A DNA stretch of 64,000 bases from Eledone cirrhosa (GCA_964016885.1 OZ024741.1:207762001-207826000); one strand, 5' to 3'. Counted from the first letter of the stretch, positions 44,401 to 57,295 are shown. Translations and numbers: made by a program. Notes: generated from the letters alone by a model not told the origin.

Positions 44401-47352
44401 AATAGGCTTCATAGACGAGGACCCGGCTACTGGAAGCTAAACGCGTCCTTACCAGCGCGCAAGGCCTACAGAGACCGGATTAGCGAACTAGTTAAGCGGG
44501 CGTTGACGGGGGCCATCGTCAACAACAAGTGGTGGTTTGCTCTGAAAAGAGCGATTAGAATAGAATCCATTAGGTTTAGTAAGGCTTTAGCAATAGAGAA
44601 AAATAGAGCAGAGGGAGAACTAGTTAGAAAATTAGACGAGGCGCTTAGCAAAGGCATTGCGACCGACGTGCTTGCGGCGAAATTGGCCCTTGACCAATTC
44701 TTCAATGCAAAGCACGAAGGCTGCGTCGTTAGAGCAAGGGTGTGTGCTCTCAGACACGAGGGAACGAAAGCCGTTCAATGGGCCCGAGTGGCGGAGGCGC
44801 ATCGTGGCAACAAAGTCACGATCCGGTCTTTGGTGGACCACGACGGGCGCATGCTACTCGATCCCGGGCAAATGTGTGAAGCTTTTCAGCGACACTTCGC
44901 TCAGCTGTTCGGGGGCAGCGGTGGGCCGGGTCGAGGGATGGACTTTAGTGTCTACCTCGACAGACTGCCGCGGCTCTCGGCCACTGAGGCGAAGTGTTGC
45001 GAAAAGCCGATAACAGCCGCTGAAGTAAGGGAGGCAATGACTGGCTGCACAAGGGGTAAATCGCCTGGTTTGGATGGTCTGCCCTGTGAACTTTACGTAC
45101 AGATGCCAGACTTGTTCGGAGGCCTCTTGGCGGACGTCTACTGCAACTGGCAACAGAACGGGAGAATTCCCAGTTCTGTGAGCCGAGGATCGGTGGCACT
45201 GCTGAGAAAGGATCCGAACAAGGGGGATAACATAGATAATTTCCGGCCCATAACTCTGCTAAACACAGAGTTCAAGATTTTGGCCAAGGTGCTAGCAAAG
45301 AGGTTGGCGCTTGTCGTTGGTGGTCTGGTGGGAGAGGCGCAGACATGCGCCATTCCCGACAGATCCATCCACGACAACCTCCACCTCATGCGATACATCG
45401 TAGAGAGGGTAGCTAAGGAACCTGGCACGGGTGGATCCTTGATCAATTTAGATCAGTCGAAAGCTTTCGTTACCTAGCGGCAGTCCTGAGGGCGGCTGGC
45501 TTTGGGTCCGTCTTCAGAGACTGGATCGCTGCCATGCACAGCGACATCTGCTCTGTGGTGAGAGTGAACGGTCACCTGTCGGAACCGTTCAACATCATGC
45601 GCTCGGTCCGCCAAGGCTGTCCCCTCTCGTCCCTCTTGTACGTATTGACTCTCGAGCCATTACTGCACAAACTGGAGACGTTGAGGGGCGTCCCGCACGA
45701 ACTAGGATGCGGAAGATCCGTGTCAGCATATGCGGACGATGTCACCGTAGTGGTGTCGAACGCCAAACACATCGAGGCGATCGGTACTACACTAAGAGAA
45801 TACGAAGCGGTGACAGGAGCAATGATCAACCAGGAAAAGTCAGTGGGCATGCAGCTCGGCACCTGGAGAGGCAGGCCCATGCCGTCCAACAGCGTCGTCG
45901 GACGCTGGACGGACGGACCGGTTAAATTGCTAGGGGTCTGGTTCGGTCCGGACCTCCAGACGGACAAAAACTGGGACGAGATGACGAGCAGGGTGGCTTC
46001 TCTCACCCAGAAATGGGCGGAGAGGAAGCTATCCCTGAAAGGTCGAGCGGAGGTGGCTAACGCGTACATCGCGTCTGTCATCTGCTACCGCCTGACCGTC
46101 GTACCTTGTCCTAAGCCTCGCCTGACTGCGCTGGAGCGTTTGCTCTTTCGCTTTTTGTGGAAGGGACGCGCTCCGATGGTCAGGCGGTTCATCTGTTGTC
46201 AACACCCGCTACGTGGAGGGCTGGGCATGCCGTGGCTGATGATGCGCAGGCACGCGCTCAGGCTACGACATCTCCACCTCTTCCTCGACGGTGATCAGGT
46301 GTGGTCGCCGTTTGCTAGACACGTATTTCCCCAGCTCGTTTCCTTGACGGAGCTGCAGTCCTGGGTCAAGCGAAGACCGAGAGGGAGCGCCTGGAGACTG
46401 GAATGTCTTCAGGCGCTCACAGCCCTCGACCAATCGGGCAATGTGATCGGTGGAAACTCCACCTCGGCGTTCTATAGAGGATTAGTGGAGGGGAAGCGCG
46501 ACGACGTACTTGGGGAAACTCTAGGCGTCGACGAAAATCAACTAGCCAATCTCTTCGGAAGAACTTTCGGGCCAGTGACTATGGACAACTTCCAGAAATC
46601 TCTGGCCTGGCAGTGCTACCGAGGAGCCTTGCCAGTTCGGAATAAACTCTACAGGCATGGAGGTGCCGTCAGCCGGGCATGTCCGAGATGCGCGCAGGGC
46701 GACGAAACCGTCCTGCACGCACTCGTCCAGTGTCCGAAAATGGCTGACTTGTGGGTTTATGTCGAACACCTGCTGTCGCGTTTAGGGCGGATCCGGCTAT
46801 CATCTGAGTCCATCGTGAGGATTGCCCCGCCCTCCTCCTTTAGCCGGGAAGGGCAGGCAGTTTTTATCTGTCTGGTGGCCATGGCGAAAGAGATAGTATG
46901 GTGGACACGTTTAAAAGGGCTGAAGACGAGCACTTACCTCTTCGGTGATGCTCTGATTGACTTTTTCAAATTTCATTTGAAAAGGAAAATCAGAGTAGAG
47001 AGGGAAGTGCTCTCTTCCCAGCATTTTGTTGAAAGACGGGTGAGAGAGGCAAGAATGGCCCGAGTGAATGGGCCTACTCTGAGTATATATCTGTAAATTA
47101 AAGGTGGAAAACTGGGAGAGGGCACTTGCCTTGGTGGTCAGGGTCATTGTGGCTTTTTACTGGGCTTTCTCCACAAATGTCCCTCCGAAGTGTCCCCCCT
47201 ATTGGGGAATTTTTCATTGTTATTTTTTGTTACACCCTCTGTTTTTTTTTTGTTTTTTTACACGCAGAAATGCCCATTTGTACCGTCCTGTATTGTCCTG
47301 CACTGTCCTTAATGTCTACTTTATGTAAACCCTTGTGGTTAATAAAGAAATC
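41421..47352 (+). mobile_element. Tx1-clade LINE copy 3, full length, nearly intact, flanked by (ATT)n
   Basis: ORF1 about 41637-43657 (knuckle CFRCGSKTHLRAFC, frameshifts) and ORF2 43693-47096. The 3' end GTGGTTAATAAAGAAATC is followed by (ATT)n. Confidence 0.95.
43693..47096 (+). pseudogene. Tx1 ORF2 (APE-RT-CCHC) broken by a small deletion near 45468
   Basis: 594-aa and 520-aa ORFs. The DRVxH segment after DQSKAF present in copies 1 and 2 is missing, shifting the frame. Confidence 0.9.
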
Positions 47353-47404
47353 ATTATTATTATTATTATTTTATTTTATTTTATTTTTTTATTTTTTTTT
47401 TTCT

Positions 47405-47440
47405 TCTTGTGCAATGGCCATATTCGATAACGAGGGGGCA

Positions 47441-47446
<6 letters not shown>
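47405..47446 (+). mobile_element. Isolated RTE 3' terminus
   Basis: GCAATGGCCATATTCGATAACGAGGGGGCAGCCATC resembles the end of the RTE derivative (GTGGCCGTACTCGAAAACGAGTTGGCAGCCACC, 61901-61933). Confidence 0.7.
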
Positions 47447-47531
<85 letters not shown>

Positions 47532-47810
47532 CACAAGAGAAAAAACACAAACACACAAATATACACACACACACGCATACACATACACACACATATATAT
47601 ATCTACACATACACACGTGCGTATACACATGCACATATATATATATATACACACATACATGTATGTATGTCTCTCGGTATAAACTATACTATACATACAC
47701 ATACATACATATGCACACACATACATACACATACGTACACACACACACAAACACATACATACACACATATATACATATATACATATACACACACACACAT
47801 ACATATATAA

Positions 47811-47883
<73 letters not shown>

Positions 47884-49969
47884 TACATACATACACATAC
47901 ACATATACAAGCACACACGCATACATACACATACATACATACAAATAAGTACACATAAACGCATATGCACAAACACGCACTCGTTCGCACACATACATGT
48001 GTCTATAATATAATGGGAAAAGGTAGTGGGACAAATTTTAAATTTTAAATTTTGAAATTTTAAACTGGGCTTGATAGAGGATTAAAATAATTAATATCAC
48101 TACTAAGTTATTAATATTATCATCAAGTAATTAATTACTATTTATTATTTACCATTCACTATTCGTTACCTATCTATTCATTACCTAATCATTCACTCAT
48201 TAATAAATAAATAAATGAATGAGTTAACTAACACACAAACAAACAAACAGATAAACAAATAAACAAGTAAATAAATAAATAAATAAATAGATAAATAAAT
48301 AAATAAGTAAATAAAGTAACTAAATAAATAAATAAATAAATAAATAAATATACAGATAAATAGATAAATAAAACACGAACGTGTGTGTGCAGCAGTTCAT
48401 AACTGCACGTATGCAAACATGAGCAGGTATATACGTGAATTTGTGTGTGCGGCCACGGAACTTTACTCAGAGGCATACAACACAATATATAAGACCTGGA
48501 GGGGAGGAAAGAAGGTAATAATGAGAGATATAGGGGAGGAAAGAATGTAATAATGAGAGATGGAGGGACGGAATTGGGATGGGGGAAGGGGTGGGGTGGT
48601 GATATGGGGGGGGGGGTCAGTCGGGGGGCCGGGGGGTCTGTAGTTTTTGTAATTTGCATAGTTCTTGTGCATGCAATTAGGGGAGTGTTCCGAGATCTTG
48701 TTGAGGAGAGGGCCTTTGGCGAATAGAATCTCATAGCTCTCGGAGATACAGAGGTCACAGCAATTATGGCCTCCCGTGTAGGATCGCGCTCTCTGGAGTA
48801 GTCTCCATTGGGTCTTGAAGGGGATGGAGTTCCTTTTAAGGTGCCAGATGTGGGCGGCGAGTGTAGTTTGGTTAGATTTGTCTGGGCGCCGGAACGAATG
48901 TGTGGGCGTACCAGCGAGTCTTAAAACTGTTAGAAGTCATCCCGATGTACGAGTTTCTTTTTTCATCGGGGCCTGAGAGTACATCGCATATATATATGAG
49001 ATCTTTTTTTAGACAGTTGTTGTTGAGAGGGCAGGTAGTCTTATCAGGGCAATTGCAATTGCCATCGGTTGCTGGATGGGCTTCGGAAAAAGTAGACTTA
49101 TTTAGCTTCTTGATGTTATTATTGGCTAAGTTCCTAGCTAGATTAGGTGTGGTAGAGTAAGAGAGTCTAATGGTATTCTTATTAAGGATTGTATAGTACC
49201 TATGTTGGGTGGGGAAGTGTTTTTGTAAGAGAGTGAAGAAAATTTTAGCTACAGGTGTTGAGATTTCGCGGTTGAAGGGGGGTTGTACCAGCTAATGTGC
49301 CTTCGCCTATTCTTCCTGGGTGGGCGTGGGGCTATACTAAGGTAGGTGATCTTATCTCTAAAGCCGCTGCGGGCTAGGGCCTCGTTGTAATAGGGGGATG
49401 CTGCTCTAAAGATATCTTCATTGGCGGCGAGGCTAGATATCCTAATGGAGACACTTTTCACTAGGTTGTCTAATATATTTTTGGGGTGGTTAGAATTAAC
49501 GTCTATATATCTAAGGGATTCATTAGGTTTGTGGTACGGGTAGTAAAGGGAAGTTTCTAAGTCGAGGGTGACGTCTAGGAAGTTAGCTTTAGTTAAGTTC
49601 GAATCTAAGGTAATCCTAAGGCCTAAGTTTTTAAAGAAGGTGTAAAGGTTTTTCCTGAACCCATCCGTGGTCCTGGGGTTGATTTTGTGGAGGGCAAAGA
49701 GGCCGTCATCTCGGTAGAGACCGCCGGAGAGGCCTGTGAAGAGGGTCTTCAACCTGTGGAGGATGAACAGACCCACAAAGTCACTAATTTCAGCTGAGTC
49801 GCTAGCACCCATGCTAACGTCGAAGGGGGTCTAGGATTTTTTGTTGATCCAGTGGGATCTGTCATGGTAAAGAAAAGTCTTACGTGCATGGAGGATCACA
49901 TCCTGCTCGGCTTCGGTGATTGTGGTTAAGTTCCTGGCGAAGTTAATCGCGTCAATCAGCAGGCTCTCT
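47447..49969 (-). mobile_element. Penelope-like element 2 body (5'-truncated RT + GIY-YIG + tail)
   Basis: MGASDSAE, LYRDDGL, NFLDV, SNHP; CNCPDKTTCPLNNNCL..LIY...YIGMT read on the minus strand at 48930-49060. Confidence 0.92.
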
Positions 49970-50074
49970 GTATATGTATGCGTGTGTGTGTGTATATTTG
50001 TGTGTTTGTGTTTTTTCTCTTGTGTGTATATATATATATATATGTGTGTGTATATATGTGTGTGTGTGTATGTA

Positions 50075-50130
<56 letters not shown>

Positions 50131-50154
50131 AGCACACGCATGTGTATGTATATG

Positions 50155-50247
<93 letters not shown>

Positions 50248-50817
50248 GTGTGTGTATGGGTATGCATTTATATATATGTGTGTGTAAGTGTTTTTGTATG
50301 TGGTTGTGAGTATGTAAATATATTTTATTCTTTCCATTCTACAAAAACACTCTGGCCACCTGTGGCTTGTATGTTAACTTGACCACTCACCTCAGTCTGT
50401 GCCATGATTCGGTCTTGTTTATCTTCTATTACCAACCCACCTAAAAAAACTTCCCTACTATATATCTGTTGAATTACTATTCTTGGGGTTTTTACTTATT
50501 TTTTTTCTATTTTTTTCTATTTATTTTAGTTATTTATTTATTCATTTATCTATTTATTCATTTATTTAATTATTTATTTACTTATTTATTTATTTCAAAA
50601 AAGCACTATGGCTAATTGACCACTCCCCAAAGAAAAAACGGCCTGTGCCATGTTGTGGTCCTGTGTATCTAAATACCATCCTACCCCCCTCCCCGCCACC
50701 ACCCCTCCCTTACCACTACCTAAATGTATAAATACCAGAACTTAATATGACACCCAGCTTCCTGAAGATTTCATCTAAATGAAACAGTACTAGTCCTGTA
50801 GAAGCTCCTTCTATAAA

Positions 50818-50820
<3 letters not shown>
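49970..50820 (+). mobile_element. Inverted 5' pLTR of Penelope element 2
   Basis: 49970-50130 is the reverse complement of 47445-47590. The remainder matches 24905-25510. It ends in a hammerhead then (TA)n. Confidence 0.85.
50756..50806 (+). ncRNA. Type-I hammerhead ribozyme (one stem II mismatch relative to the 24925 copy)
   Basis: AGCTTC-CTGAAGA-TTTCATCTAAAT-GAAA-CAG..CTG-TA-GAAGCT. Confidence 0.78.
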
Positions 50821-50856
<36 letters not shown>

Positions 50857-51145
50857 CAAATAACGAAACGAAATTAAATTTCGTTTCGTTTGTAACTCAC
50901 TTTTGTATGACTGACGCTTAAACAATTAAGTTAAAGATGTACATCCACATATGTATACTGAAATACTAGTATGTATATGAATACACACACGTATACATAT
51001 GTAGGTGTACCAAGTTTTTTCACTGGTCACTTTACTGTGAGTGGCCAGCTATTCTGTATGTAAACACACAGACAAACCGGTTTTTAGAGTCATACTGGTT
51101 TTTGAGGAAACACCTCTCCTCTATTCTCCAGAAAGCCAGACAAGG

Positions 51146-51190
51146 AATATTGAACTAGTTTCGTTGTTGTTACAACTCATCAGCAATATT
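51146..51190 (-). ncRNA. Minimal type-I hammerhead ribozyme (family A)
   Basis: Same motif as 18254-18298. Confidence 0.92.
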
Positions 51191-51612
51191 TACCTATCTT
51201 CCGGCCTCTCTAGAGAATCGCAAAAGCACATATCGTTATATGCTTTTTCTATGAAAATTAGTAGTGGGCAGACTAATTTGCATAGAGTGTGAGTAAGTAC
51301 CGGTTCAACGGAGACGATAAAAACAAATAACGAAACGAAATTAAATTTCGTGTCGTTTGTAACTCACTTTTGTATGACTGACGCTTAAACAATTAAGTTA
51401 AAGATGTACATCCACATATGTATACTGAAATACTAGTATGTATATGAATACACACACGTATACATATGTAGGTGTACCAAGTTTTTTCACTGGTCACTTT
51501 ACTGTGAGTGGCCAGCTATTCTGTATGTAAACACACAGACAAACCGGTTTTTAGAGTCATACTGGTTTTTGAGGAAACACCTCTCCTCTATTCTCCAGAA
51601 AGCCAGACAAGG

Positions 51613-51657
51613 AATATTGAACTAGTTTCGTTGTTGTTACAACTCATCAGCAATATT
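51613..51657 (-). ncRNA. Minimal type-I hammerhead ribozyme (family A)
   Basis: Same motif, +467. Confidence 0.92.
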
Positions 51658-52079
51658 TACCTATCTTCCGGCCTCTCTAGAGAATCGCAAAAGCACATAT
51701 CGTTATATGCTTTTTCTATGAAAATTAGTAGTGGGCAGACTAATTTGCATAGAGTGTGAGTAAGTACCGGTTCAACGGAGACGATAAAAACAAATAACGA
51801 AACGAAATTAAATTTCGTTTCGTTTGTAACTCACTTTTGTATGACTGACGCTTAAACAATTAAGTTAAAGATGTACATCCACATATGTATACTGAAATAC
51901 TAGTATGTATATGAATACACACACGTATACATATGTAGGTGTACCAAGTTTTTTCACTGGTCACTTTACTGTGAGTGGCCAGCTATTCTGTATGTAAACA
52001 CACAGACAAACCGGTTTTTAGAGTCATACTGGTTTTTGAGGAAACACCTCTCCTCTATTCTCCAGAAAGCCAGACAAGG

Positions 52080-52124
52080 AATATTGAACTAGTTTCGTTG
52101 TTGTTACAACTCATCAGCAATATT
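52080..52124 (-). ncRNA. Minimal type-I hammerhead ribozyme (family A)
   Basis: Same motif, +934. Confidence 0.92.
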
Positions 52125-52439
52125 TACCTATCTTCCGGCCTCTCTAGAGAATCGCAAAAGCACATATCGTTATATGCTTTTTCTATGAAAATTAGTAGTG
52201 GGCAGACTAATTTGCATAGAGTGTGAGTAAGTACCGGTTCAACGGAGACGATAAAAACAAATAACGAAACGAAATTAAATTTCGTTTCGTTTGTAACTCA
52301 CTTTTGTATGACTGACGCTTAAACAATTAAGTTAAAGATGTACATCCACATATGTATACTGAAATACTAGTATGTATATGAATACACACACAGTTTCTCT
52401 ATAAAGTTATTTTGGAACCACAACATCCAGTCCACACTA

Positions 52440-52709
52440 AAAAGGTCGTGTAGGTGTCACGACAAAAAAAACACACAGCCCACACTGTAATGTGCTCGTG
52501 TAGGAGACACGGTAAAAAGGCTCCCATTCCACTCTGTAAATGTGGTTGGTGTTAGGAATGGCATCCAGCCGTAGAAAACCTGCCAGATAGTCCTATACGA
52601 GCGAGACACCGTCACCCGATCAATCTTGACTCAAGTGTTACAATTCCCGTCTAACCTATGCTAGCGTGGAATATAAACGTTAAACGATGATGATGGTGAT
52701 GATGATGAC

Positions 52710-52756
<47 letters not shown>
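52440..52756 (+). mobile_element. 3' part of a second SINE family with (GAT)n tail
   Basis: GGTTGGTGTTAGGAATGGCATCCAGCCGTAGAAAACC core and ...GGAATATAAACGTTAAACGATGATG tail, recalled as an octopus SINE type (not verified). Confidence 0.65.
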
Positions 52757-52757
<1 letters not shown>

Positions 52758-53321
52758 AATCCCCCGCTATATCGCGGTTCACTTTTCGGTGTCCTGTTAC
52801 ATCGCGTATTTTTCTTTGAAACGTATCTAATTTCCTATCCCTGTAATCCTCGCTACATCGCGGACTTTTCGTTAGAACATATCTATTTTATTATCGAGGT
52901 ACGTACATCTGAATAAAAAGTGTTTAAAGTTTAAACTTATTATATAAGTTTCGATGTGATTGAAGTGTTTAACTATTAAAAAATGTATTTATTTTTTCAT
53001 TCCATTACTGTTTTACTGATTGTGTTTTTCTCTACTATAAACCCTACATAGATTGACGGGAGATGTGCAGTGTATTACCAAGCGGCTAATGTGGCTGGTA
53101 ATGGTCACCATTGGTAACTAGTGGTACGATGGTTGGTGATAGTTTCTATACGATCGCTGCTGGCTGTTTTTGGTGTTTAAATACAAAAGTGTGTTTTAAT
53201 GAGTTTATATGTACTTAAAGCGTGTTTAAGGCTTAAACTATGACAGCAATGGTTGTTTTTATGGTCTCTCTATATCGCGGATTTTCATTATCGCGGTTGT
53301 TTCTGGAACGGAGGATGACTG
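52757..53321. mobile_element. pogo/Tigger-like non-autonomous DNA transposon
   Basis: Left end TAATCCCCCG.., right end ..CGGAGGATGACTG followed by TA. Subterminal ATCGCGG repeats at both ends. Confidence 0.65.
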
Positions 53322-53361
53322 TATATTAATATATATATATATTAATATACAGTAATCCTCC

Positions 53362-53456
<95 letters not shown>

Positions 53457-53819
53457 TGATATTTTTTTCTTTTTTTTCTTTATAGTTTTTCTTTTATTAT
53501 AATATACGGCTCGGAAATATCTCTTTCTTAGAGCTATTTTGTTGTAAGAAACTATTTTGAGTTCCTAATTCAATATATACCTTTGATATATATATATATA
53601 TGGTATTGATAAACTTGAATCTAGTAGGTTTATCCAGTTCGATATTGATGCCTATTACACATCGATTTCACCCATCCTCCTTAACAAAGCCTTAATGTTG
53701 GCCATGAGAGCCTTACACGATCAAAGGTAGATATTATACTAGCAGCCCGTAGAACTATCATTAATTTTGAGGATACATTTTGGACCCGTAAAAACACGCC
53801 CAACAATTTCGACGTTACA

Positions 53820-55526
53820 ATGGGTTCGAGTGATTCGGCCCAGGTAACTGATCTTGTTGGGCTGTTCCTCCTAAATGAACTATATGTTACCTTTCCGTAC
53901 CTTAAAGGCGGACTTTATCGTGACGATGCATTGTTTGTGATTAACTCTAGCACCAACAACGTCGAGCATAATAAGAAGAAGCTTTATAAGTTTTTTAAAA
54001 GCTATAACCTTTCGATCACGATAGATAGAAACGATAGAGCGGTCAACCTTTTAGATGTAACTTTGGACTTGGTCACTAATAGTTTTAAACCCTTCCATAA
54101 GCCTAATGAAATACTCTCTTATGTTAGTCCCAATTCTAACCACCCCAAATCTATGATAAGCTCTATAATTAATGGTGTATCTAATAGGATTTTCACACTC
54201 TCTAAGGACGTAGGAACATTTAATGCACATGCAGAGTACTATAATAATGCCCTAGCTAATTCCGGTTACTCTGGTAAAATACATTATAATAATAGTAACC
54301 GTAGAAAATCTCCGCTTACTTATAATAATAATAACATAATATCCCATAATATGGCCATGAATGGGAGTAGAAAGCATAAGAATCGTAGAAATCACATAGG
54401 TGTATCTGAACCCATCCATAAGTCAAGCCACCGGACTCGTAATAGGGAATCTAATACTTCTAGGAATCAAGTCGAGCCCTCTGAGCGCTCACTTAGTGGT
54501 AATGCTTTTGCTAAATCTAATTCTAATAGTGTTGTTTCTACTGATCCTATTATTAGCCCTAATCCTTTTGATATGTTTCCAGATAGCAGCAGATATACTA
54601 ATGGTAGAAACAGAAAGAGACTTAATGGAGTTTCGGCTGATTCTAATAATGTGGTTTTAATTAGTCCTTGTAGTAACCCAAATCTTAATAAGGGGATATT
54701 AGATAACGGTAGAGTTGGTAAGGATAAAAATAGAAGGAGACTAAATACTTATTTTAACCCGCCATATAATCAGGAAGTATTAACCAACATCCCTAGGTCT
54801 TTCTTTTCTATCTTAGAGAAAAATTTCCCTCAAACTAATAAATACCATAGTATTTTTAATAAAAATGTAATTAAACTTTCATTCTCTACCACCCCTAATA
54901 TTAGTTCTCATTTAGCTAGCACTAACAATGGGAAAATTAGGGATGGATACTCCTCTCTACGTACTACTAGTCTGAATAGATCCATAAATACCCTACCACC
55001 TGTGCAGACTTTATCTTATAGTAACCCTACGTGTGATGCATCACTACTGCAGCCGATCAATAGCACCCGGAAGTGTAACTGTAGAGTGAGTGCTAACTGC
55101 CCTTTGAACGGTAACTGCCTTTCTAAGAACATCGTTTATGCTTGTGTAGTTAAAACCAATTCCTCTTATAGCACATATATAGGCTCTACATCTAACACTT
55201 TTAAGACTAGGTTTAATTCTCATATCTCTAATTTTAAACATGTTAAGTTTAAGAATTCTACTTCTTTAGCACACCATATCTGGGATCTTAAGGGGGTTAA
55301 TATACCATATAGCCTTAATTGGCGAATAGTAGCACGCTCTAATAACCTTTCAACACATACTAAATTTTGTAATCTCTGTATCCTTGGGACCCACTCTATA
55401 ATTTTCTCTAGGGAAACCTTACTTAATAGAAAGTCTGAGATATTCTCTTCTTGCCCCCACGCCATTTCAAATTCTTACTTTTATTATAAACCTAAAGGTT
55501 CTAGTAGTGTAAATTGTATCCATTAG
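53820..55526 (+). CDS. Penelope RT C-terminal half + GIY-YIG endonuclease (568-aa open segment)
   Basis: MGSSDSAQ, LYRDD, SNHP, FNPPY, CNCRVSANCPLNGNCL, NIVY..YIGST, CNLC. Confidence 0.9.
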   Translation: MGSSDSAQVTDLVGLFLLNELYVTFPYLKGGLYRDDALFVINSSTNNVEHNKKKLYKFFKSYNLSITIDRNDRAVNLLDVTLDLVTNSFKPFHKPNEILSYVSPNSNHPKSMISSIINGVSNRIFTLSKDVGTFNAHAEYYNNALANSGYSGKIHYNNSNRRKSPLTYNNNNIISHNMAMNGSRKHKNRRNHIGVSEPIHKSSHRTRNRESNTSRNQVEPSERSLSGNAFAKSNSNSVVSTDPIISPNPFDMFPDSSRYTNGRNRKRLNGVSADSNNVVLISPCSNPNLNKGILDNGRVGKDKNRRRLNTYFNPPYNQEVLTNIPRSFFSILEKNFPQTNKYHSIFNKNVIKLSFSTTPNISSHLASTNNGKIRDGYSSLRTTSLNRSINTLPPVQTLSYSNPTCDASLLQPINSTRKCNCRVSANCPLNGNCLSKNIVYACVVKTNSSYSTYIGSTSNTFKTRFNSHISNFKHVKFKNSTSLAHHIWDLKGVNIPYSLNWRIVARSNNLSTHTKFCNLCILGTHSIIFSRETLLNRKSEIFSSCPHAISNSYFYYKPKGSSSVNCIH

Positions 55527-57295
55527 CTGCTATATTCCCTTATCTTTTTAGTTTAGGTTCATTTTGTTTACCACCATCATTATCATCATTATTATTATTG
55601 GTTTTTAACAGCTTTTCATTCTAGCTTTCAATGTCTTTTGGCTACCATACCATATCTATCTTCTTAAATATTATATTTTCACTATTAACACCTTATGAGT
55701 TTATATCTGATTATATATTTTATTTTATATTATTTTATTTTATTTTATTTTATTTGGATTCTTCTTTGGATAACTACCCCCCCCCCTCCCCCCACACACA
55801 CTTTTCATTCGCCCCTTCAAATATACTATAATTATATTCAATTCCCTTTTATGCTCCTTTCTATTGTATAATACAGTATATTGATTATGATTTTATGCTC
55901 CTTCGTATCCTCCATACATTTCTTTTTTCTGTCCCCATTGGCCTACCATAATTCTATTTAAAGTATGTTTATTAGATAACGTTATTCAACTGATAGTAGA
56001 ATATTTCATTCTTCTCCAGATATTTTTATAGTGATATCTTAAAATTTCGAGATTTTGATTACTTAAACCATAGCTAATTTTGTATTGACTTATTATGTAT
56101 TTTAAATACTTTCAATATTAATTAATTTAATAGGGTTTTCTAGTCATTTATCCGGGTTTGTTTCCTAAATTTTTTACTTAATTGCATGTGACACCTAAGT
56201 AAATACTTTTGTTTTTGTTTTTCGATTTCCAGTTGATTTTATTTATATATTTATACTACCGTGCGTAGTTTTCTGTCTGGTTCTCATTCACTTATTCACA
56301 AATGTCTGTCCACCAACCACGTAATTATGTATATTATACTATATTCAATATTTTATATTGAAGTTTTATATCATTTCACTCTTTGTGGAATGATATAAAA
56401 CGTACTACTGATCTTTATTATTTACCGATTATTAAATGTATCATTATGTTATGTTAAATTTTGTAAATTATGTAATATGTTTATATTTTTATAATTTTTG
56501 TAATGTTTGGATAATATTTATTTATTTACACCAATTGTATAGAAATTTGACCTCCATCTGTTTTCTTGCAATGGTTTTGATATTTTTCCAACATAATTTT
56601 TCCAACATAATTTAGTTCTGTACAATATTTTTTCTCATCCGGTTTGTAACCCTATATGATTTGTTAAGTTATATGCCATTATATTATAATATTGTTATTA
56701 TAGTGTTATTGTAACATTTATATTGTTTGTGCAAATTAACCGGAGATTATCTATTATATAATTATATAGTTTATTATATAATTATATAGTTTATTATATA
56801 TTATATGTTTACTTTTAATCATTTATTCTTCATTTTATACTGTAAATAATATATGTATTATATTTTTATTTTTATTTTTATCTTTATTTTTATTCTTATT
56901 ATTCTTATTATTCTTATTATTCTTATTATTCTTATTATTCTTATTTATATTTAAACTCTTAATAAGGGTTAATTTGTGCTTGTATTGATGGAAATGTGTA
57001 TTGATATATATGTATATATGTGTACATATGTATATATATATATATGTATATTGGGCCGTTTAACATTATTATTATTATTATCAATTATAGTATATTATAT
57101 TATATTATATATAGTACAATAATTCCCGCTCTATATCACCACCTTTGTTTAGCTTTAGTTTTTGCATTGGACTATATTTGTAATATGGTTCAACATGTTA
57201 TTCACTTCCTTAGCAATTTTTACTTGATGTACACTCCATATTCTTCTGAGTTTTTTGGCTTGTATTGGCCGATAGTGCTTCTTATAGCTTTAATT

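Larger units (their letters stand above)
50852..52391 (-). repeat. Tandem array of ~3.3 x 467-bp retrozyme-like units (family A)
   Basis: Period 467 (identical ORFs at 51041, 51508 and 51975). I saw one difference between units (51352). One hammerhead per unit on the minus strand. Confidence 0.95.

Noticed and set aside
47126-48034. YI/HT/CV-rich ORFs here and at 16-18 kb, 50 kb and 58-62 kb
   Set aside because: Dinucleotide microsatellite artefacts.
51041-52226. Repeated 83-aa ORF (and 60-62-aa ORFs at 17673-18474) as a small protein gene
   Set aside because: Non-ATG start for the 83-aa frame, antisense to the ribozyme, shortened by a stop in the 18-kb copies, and no recognisable motif.
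50852-52391. CRISPR-like array
   Set aside because: Whole 467-bp units are identical with no unique spacers; no cas genes; eukaryotic context.
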